NCBI RefSeq assembly: GCF_900289195.1
Contig: NZ_OMOH01000001.1
Span: 414,768-446,767, forward strand
Reading direction: 5' to 3'
Length of the DNA stretch: 32,000 bases
DNA from: Propionibacterium ruminifibrarum
Lineage (GTDB): Bacteria > Actinomycetota > Actinomycetes > Propionibacteriales > Propionibacteriaceae
Notes under the pieces: model-generated
The model's database searches: none
What the model saw: only the letters and a program-made list of their open reading frames with translations
What the model was told of the DNA's origin: nothing
Part shown: positions 24,181 through 32,000 of the stretch, one piece after another
How the letters are laid out: the number at the start of each line of letters is the position of its first letter
How positions within the stretch are numbered: the stretch's first letter is position 1
Translations under genes and position numbers: made by a program

Positions 24181-24899
24181 GACGCGTGGACCTGCCCGAT
24201 GAAGCGGTAGCCGATCGAGGGCACCGTCTCGATGTATTGCGGGTCCGAGGGGTCGTCGCCTAGGACGCGGCGGATCTCGCGGACCCGGTGGTCGACCGCG
24301 CGGGTCGAGGTGGCGAAGTCGATGCCCCACAGCGCCGCGAGCAGTCGTTCTCGGGTGTGGAGTTCGCCGGGGTGGGTGACGAGGTAGTCGAGCAGCATGG
24401 CGGCTTTCGGGGTCAGGGACAGCTCGCGGTCGGTGAGGAAGAACCGACGGGCGACCCGGTCGACGACGAGGTCGCCGCAGGTCACCGTGTCGGAGGCCGA
24501 CAGGGGTTTGGGGGCGCCGGAGGCGCGGCGCAGGACCGCCCGGATGCGTGAGACGAGCTCCTGCGGGTCGAAGGGCTTGGACAGGTAGTCGTCGGCGCCC
24601 TCGTCGAGGGCGGCGGAGCGTTCGTAGGGGGCGTCGATCTGGGTGAGCAGGATGATCGGCGTCCACCCGCCCTTGGCGCGGATGCGGCGCACGAGTTCAC
24701 GGCCGTCCATGCGGGGCATGAGGACGTCGGTCACGACGATGTCGGGCGCCACCCGGTCGTGCAGTGTCAGGGCCTGCGCGCCGTCGGTGGCGACGTGCAC
24801 CCGGAAGCCGCACCGTTCGAGGTAGGGGGCGAGGGCGCCGGTGATGGCCTCCTCGTCGTCGACGAGCAGGACCGTCCGTCTGCCGTGGTCGTCGGGCAT
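24177..24899 (-). CDS. OmpR/PhoB-family response regulator
   Basis: GAAGGAA SD upstream of ATG 24899. REC domain (TVLLVDDEEAI...DIVVTDVLMPRMDG...DDYLSKPF) plus a winged-helix output domain (LTPKAAMLLDYLVTHPGELHTRERLL...VDHRVREIRRVLG...IETVPSIGYRF). Confidence 0.92.
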   Translation of the reverse strand: MPDDHGRRTVLLVDDEEAITGALAPYLERCGFRVHVATDGAQALTLHDRVAPDIVVTDVLMPRMDGRELVRRIRAKGGWTPIILLTQIDAPYERSAALDEGADDYLSKPFDPQELVSRIRAVLRRASGAPKPLSASDTVTCGDLVVDRVARRFFLTDRELSLTPKAAMLLDYLVTHPGELHTRERLLAALWGIDFATSTRAVDHRVREIRRVLGDDPSDPQYIETVPSIGYRFIGQVHAS

Positions 24900-25000
24900 G
24901 ATGGGTTCCTTCTCAATCCGATGCGACCGCGGGGGCGCCCCTGGCGCCCCCGCGGAGTTCCTGCACTCTACCCCGTCCCCGTGCGGCACGGGACCGGTGC

Positions 25001-25582
25001 TCAGCGGGCCTGGCGCACGATGTTGTCCGAGCCGCTCTCCTGCACGGTCGGCTCGGGGCCGTCGTCCCACACGACCGTGTTGTCCGAGCCTCCGAACGAC
25101 ACTGTCCTGGTGTCATCGACGAACACCGTGTTGCCGCTGCCCGAGATCTCGATGCTCGTCGCATCGTCGACGATGACCGTGTTGTCCGAGCCGTGGATCG
25201 CCAGCACATCGCAGTCGCCTCGCACGGTGATCACCTGATCGGAGCCGCTGATGGTCGTCGTCGGGGTGGCGGCGATGGTCTTCTCCGAGTTGGCGATGGC
25301 CTCGAGCCATTCGGGATCGGTGATGTCATCGTCCGGGTCGTCCACATCCGTGGTCCTCGTGCTGGCCTGCGTGGTCGGGGCCGCTGCGGTGCTGGCGGGT
25401 GCGACGCTGGAGGCGCTGGGATCGGCAGAGGTCGAGGACACCGATGCCGGCTGCGTGGCCGTGGTCGGCGCGGAGGAGTCGTTGACGCTGAACGAGCAGC
25501 CGGAGGCCAGCAGGATGGCGCTGGTTGCGCCGGCTGCGACGAGGATGAGCTTCCTGCCGTGGTTCATCGGGTTCATGGTCAT
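25001..25582 (-). CDS. Lipoprotein with GSDNTV-type solenoid repeats (DUF3060-like), paralog 1
   Basis: AAAGGAA SD upstream. Signal peptide with lipobox LLASGC. Ser/Thr/Ala/Pro-rich linker. C-terminal repeats GSDQV, GSDNTV, GSGNTV, GSDNTV and GSDNIV recur roughly every 15-20 residues. Start is ATG 25582 (alternatives 25576 and 25567). Confidence 0.78.
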   Translation of the reverse strand: MTMNPMNHGRKLILVAAGATSAILLASGCSFSVNDSSAPTTATQPASVSSTSADPSASSVAPASTAAAPTTQASTRTTDVDDPDDDITDPEWLEAIANSEKTIAATPTTTISGSDQVITVRGDCDVLAIHGSDNTVIVDDATSIEISGSGNTVFVDDTRTVSFGGSDNTVVWDDGPEPTVQESGSDNIVRQAR

Positions 25583-25594
25583 TGTTCCTTTCGT

Positions 25595-25619
25595 GGGCCC
25601 GCCGGTTGTTGGCGGGCCC
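25595..25619 (-). other. GC-rich hairpin in the 5' leader of lipoprotein paralog 1, abutting the SD
   Basis: gggcccgcc (25595-25603), loop ggttgtt, ggcgggccc (25611-25619). On the minus strand the stem ends about 12 nt before the AAAGGAA SD. Confidence 0.4.
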
Positions 25620-25850
25620 GGGTTGTGGATCGAAGCCGGATGAAGTGGGCCCTGGGGCGTCGAGTGGTCGGCACCCCGTTTCATCTCGTCTGCTTAAAGC
25701 CTAGGGAACCGATGCAGCAGGCTTGTCGCTCCGATGTCGCAATCCGGCGACAGCCGATCTCAGCTGTCCCGGGGAGGTGGCGGCCGCGGCGCCAGGCGTC
25801 GGGTGGGACCCTCACGGGCTGGTGGTGAGGCCAGCGGGCCCTGCCGAAGC

Positions 25851-25899
25851 AGCAGGCCCCGGCAAGGCTCTTTCAGCTGGAGCCTTGCCGGGGCCTGCT
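25851..25899 (-). terminator. Strong hairpin downstream of lipoprotein paralog 2
   Basis: Perfect 20-bp inverted repeat: agcaggccccggcaaggctc (25851-25870), loop tttcagctg, gagccttgccggggcctgct (25880-25899). It lies 22 nt after the stop at 25922. Confidence 0.6.
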
Positions 25900-25921
25900 C
25901 GTCCGGATGCGGGTCAGCCGG

Positions 25922-26506
25922 TCACGATGCCTGGCGCACCGTGTTGTCCGCGCCCGCCTCGCTGATCGAGGGCTGCTCCTCGCCGCTCCACACGATCGTG
26001 TTCTCCGAGCCGAGCAGGTTGATGGTGACCGGGTTCTTCACGTAGATCGTGTTGCCGCTGCCTCCGACAGTGAGGGTGCCGACGCCCTCGGCGACGATCG
26101 TGTTGTCGGAGCCGCCAACGTTCAGGCTGTCGCAGTCGCCGGCGATGCTGACGTTCGTCTCGGATTCCCAGATCGCGGTTGAGGCGGAGGCCTGGATCGT
26201 CCTGTCGGCCTGGTCGAGTGCCTCGCGCCAGGCCTCGTCGGTGATCTCGGCGGCCTCGTTCCCGGCCTCCTGGGCGGCACTCGCTGCCCCGGCGGCAGCG
26301 CTGGCGGCCTCGTCGGCGGCGCTGGCGGCCTCGTCGGCGGCGGAGTTGACGGCCGACGATGCGGCACTGGCAGCGGAGGAGACGGCGCTGGCGGCCGAGG
26401 CGGCGGTATCTGCGTCAGAACCGCCTCCCGAGCAGCCGGCCAGCAGGGTGATGCTGCCGAGCACGGCGGCAGCCTGAACGAGTCTCTTGGAACCGAAGGG
26501 GGTCAT
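25922..26506 (-). CDS. Lipoprotein with GSDNT-type solenoid repeats (DUF3060-like), paralog 2
   Basis: GAAAGGA SD upstream of ATG 26506. Lipobox LLAGCS, an Ala/Ser-rich linker, then a domain colinear with paralog 1 (DEAWREALDQADRTI..., GDCDSLNVGGSDNTIV..., GGSGNTIYV..., GSENTIVW..., GADNTVRQAS). The upstream 103 codons of the track ORF look non-coding. Confidence 0.78.
   Translation of the reverse strand: MTPFGSKRLVQAAAVLGSITLLAGCSGGGSDADTAASAASAVSSAASAASSAVNSAADEAASAADEAASAAAGAASAAQEAGNEAAEITDEAWREALDQADRTIQASASTAIWESETNVSIAGDCDSLNVGGSDNTIVAEGVGTLTVGGSGNTIYVKNPVTINLLGSENTIVWSGEEQPSISEAGADNTVRQAS
26300..26341 (-). repeat. Perfect 2 x 21-bp in-frame tandem repeat inside paralog 2 linker
   Basis: gctggcggcctcgtcggcggc occurs at 26300-26320 and 26321-26341 and encodes ADEAASA twice. 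Confidence 0.9.
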
Positions 26507-26720
26507 CGTGGTCCTTTCCGTGACCGGGCGGGTGAACTCCGGTGGGTGGTTGTCCGTCTGTTGTGGCGGGCAGGGTGGCCCGGCCCCATTGGCCGGACCG
26601 CCCTCATCCGCACCGATCGCCCGGTGAGACCACCGGATGTGTCTGGCCCTTCGGGGGACACCATGTGGTGGTTCCGGCGGGCACGCGGATTCCGCACGGA
26701 GCACAGTAGCAGCTGTCGCC

Positions 26721-29393
<2,673 letters not shown>

Positions 29394-29455
29394 TGACTCT
29401 TCCCAGGCGTCTGGTCTCCTGCGGCGGGTGAGCGCAGCGGCGACGATCCAGCGAT

Positions 29456-29475
29456 TTATCTTGACATCAAGATAA
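29456..29475. promoter_or_regulatory. Perfect 20-bp AT-rich palindrome upstream of acn (candidate operator)
   Basis: TTATCTTGA-CA-TCAAGATAA lies 63-82 nt upstream of the acn ATG (29393, minus strand). It is AT-rich in a GC-rich genome and contains a TTGACA hexamer. Confidence 0.45.
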
Positions 29476-29581
29476 CACCGCGAGGATGCCCACCCATTCC
29501 GTATTGCTCAAAGCGGACACTATCAGTCCGCAATGCCCGGCAGTGGCACGGTCAAGGGGCGCTGGGACGGGCCACGAAGCG

Positions 29582-29620
29582 GACGAGGGTCTGGAGCCAT
29601 CGCGGCTCCGGACCCTCGTC
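29582..29620 (-). terminator. Hairpin downstream of ettA
   Basis: gacgagggtctggagcc (29582-29598), loop atcgc, ggctccggaccctcgtc (29604-29620). This is 17 bp including one G-U pair, 16 nt after the ettA stop. Confidence 0.5.
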
Positions 29621-29635
29621 GGTGGATCGCTCGGT

Positions 29636-31318
<1,683 letters not shown>

Positions 31319-31615
31319 GAGGGCGTGGTTTTCCTTCGCGTCTGTTGGTGACCGCCTGCCGTGGACCGGGTGCGATCGGATGCCTTGGCCGGTGAACCGG
31401 ACCTCACACCGGTGCACGAGCCGCACAGCATCCCCTGCCAGCTCCCGGACGGGGCGGGCGAGGCCGACGCGTGCACGGGCATCGGAGCACCTAGGTGCAA
31501 CTCCTCAAGTATGCCAGTGCGGCCGGACCCGCCCGAACGGGCGCGCTGGATGGCCGTGGCAGTGTCGCGCCGGGTCCACCCGACGGGACACCTCCATCCG
31601 CGCGTCGTGACCCGG

Positions 31616-31700
31616 GCGTCCCCTGACGCGGGCGGTCCATATCACCCCAGCAGGCACCGACGCCTACGACCTGCGTCCCCCTGACGTGGGCGGGTGGTCC
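31616..31700. repeat. Imperfect direct repeat (two copies, ~57 bp apart) in the ettA upstream region
   Basis: gcgtcccctgacgcgggcggtcc (31616-31638) versus gcgtccccctgacgtgggcgggtggtcc (31673-31700). Confidence 0.6.
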
Positions 31701-31765
31701 GGACCTGGCTCACGGACTCGGCTTCTTCCCGGTCCGTTGCGTCCCGGATGCCAGCGGTCCAGGTT

Positions 31766-32000
31766 TTACCGGTTGGGGTTGGTGAGGAGTGAGGATAGTT
31801 CGATGACGGTGACGTGGCGGGTGCCTGCGGGCCTGGTGGTGGTGTCGGTGCCGGTGTGTGCGGCGGCGGTCCAGGTGATGTTCCAGGTGCGGGTCGCGGT
31901 CACGGTGTACTCGCCGGGGGTGTCCCAGGCGTGTCCGCAGTACGGGGACGGGGCGTCCACCCCTGTCGGGTTCTGGTAGGGCACGGTGTGCCGGCAGGTC
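31766..32000 (-). CDS. C-terminal fragment of a hypothetical protein (reading frame open to the right edge)
   Basis: The frame has no stop between 31984 and the window end. The tail is ...PYQNPTGVDAPSPYCGHAWDTPGEYTVTATRTWNITWTAAAHTGTDTTTRPAGTRHVTVIELSSLLTNPNR. I can assign no function. Confidence 0.4.
   Translation of the reverse strand, partial: TCRHTVPYQNPTGVDAPSPYCGHAWDTPGEYTVTATRTWNITWTAAAHTGTDTTTRPAGTRHVTVIELSSLLTNPNR

Noticed and set aside
25001-26506. Periodic GSDNT-coding repeats considered as a possible CRISPR-like or DNA-level repeat array.
   Set aside because: The periodicity is at the protein level, inside two clear lipoprotein ORFs. The DNA copies are diverged, there is no spacer/repeat architecture, and there are no cas genes.

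Overview
This is a visibly high-GC actinobacterial chromosome segment. A Propionibacteriales-like origin is inferred from gene content only. I call about 29 protein genes, 4 tRNAs and several hairpins and repeats.

Gene layout, left to right:
- A GcvH-like gene runs off the left edge. I translated it myself because it is not in the ORF track.
- The conserved minus-strand operon thrS-HIT-pgsA-PIM acyltransferase-pimA has every junction overlapping by 4 or 8 nt.
- A divergent PQ-rich/Cys-rich membrane protein follows.
- Next is a tRNA Gly-Cys-Val cluster (minus strand) with a divergent tRNA-Val (plus strand).
- Then come a CbiX-like protein, msrB, DUF3000 plus an RNase D-like gene, and dxs.
- A contiguous plus-strand block at 13.5-22.5 kb holds a cytoplasmic Cys-rich HisKA_3 kinase, a NarL-type regulator, nrfH, nrfA, a membrane-anchored TPR protein, ccdA, resB, ccsA and a thioredoxin-like protein.
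- On the minus strand are a hypothetical gene, an intramembrane-type histidine kinase, an OmpR-type regulator and two paralogous repeat lipoproteins.
- The window ends with aconitase, ettA and a partial ORF at the right edge.

The most interesting content:
- The nitrite-ammonification (NrfHA) module is fused to a complete System II cytochrome c maturation set and a CcmI/NrfG-like TPR protein. Its NrfA carries CLNCH instead of CXXCK at the catalytic heme.
- The lipoprotein / OmpR regulator / intramembrane kinase unit has no known function.
- The GcvH-like protein has Thr at the lipoyl-lysine position.

The many long antisense ORFs in the track are high-GC shadow ORFs. I found no CRISPR array, rRNA or recognisable mobile element.
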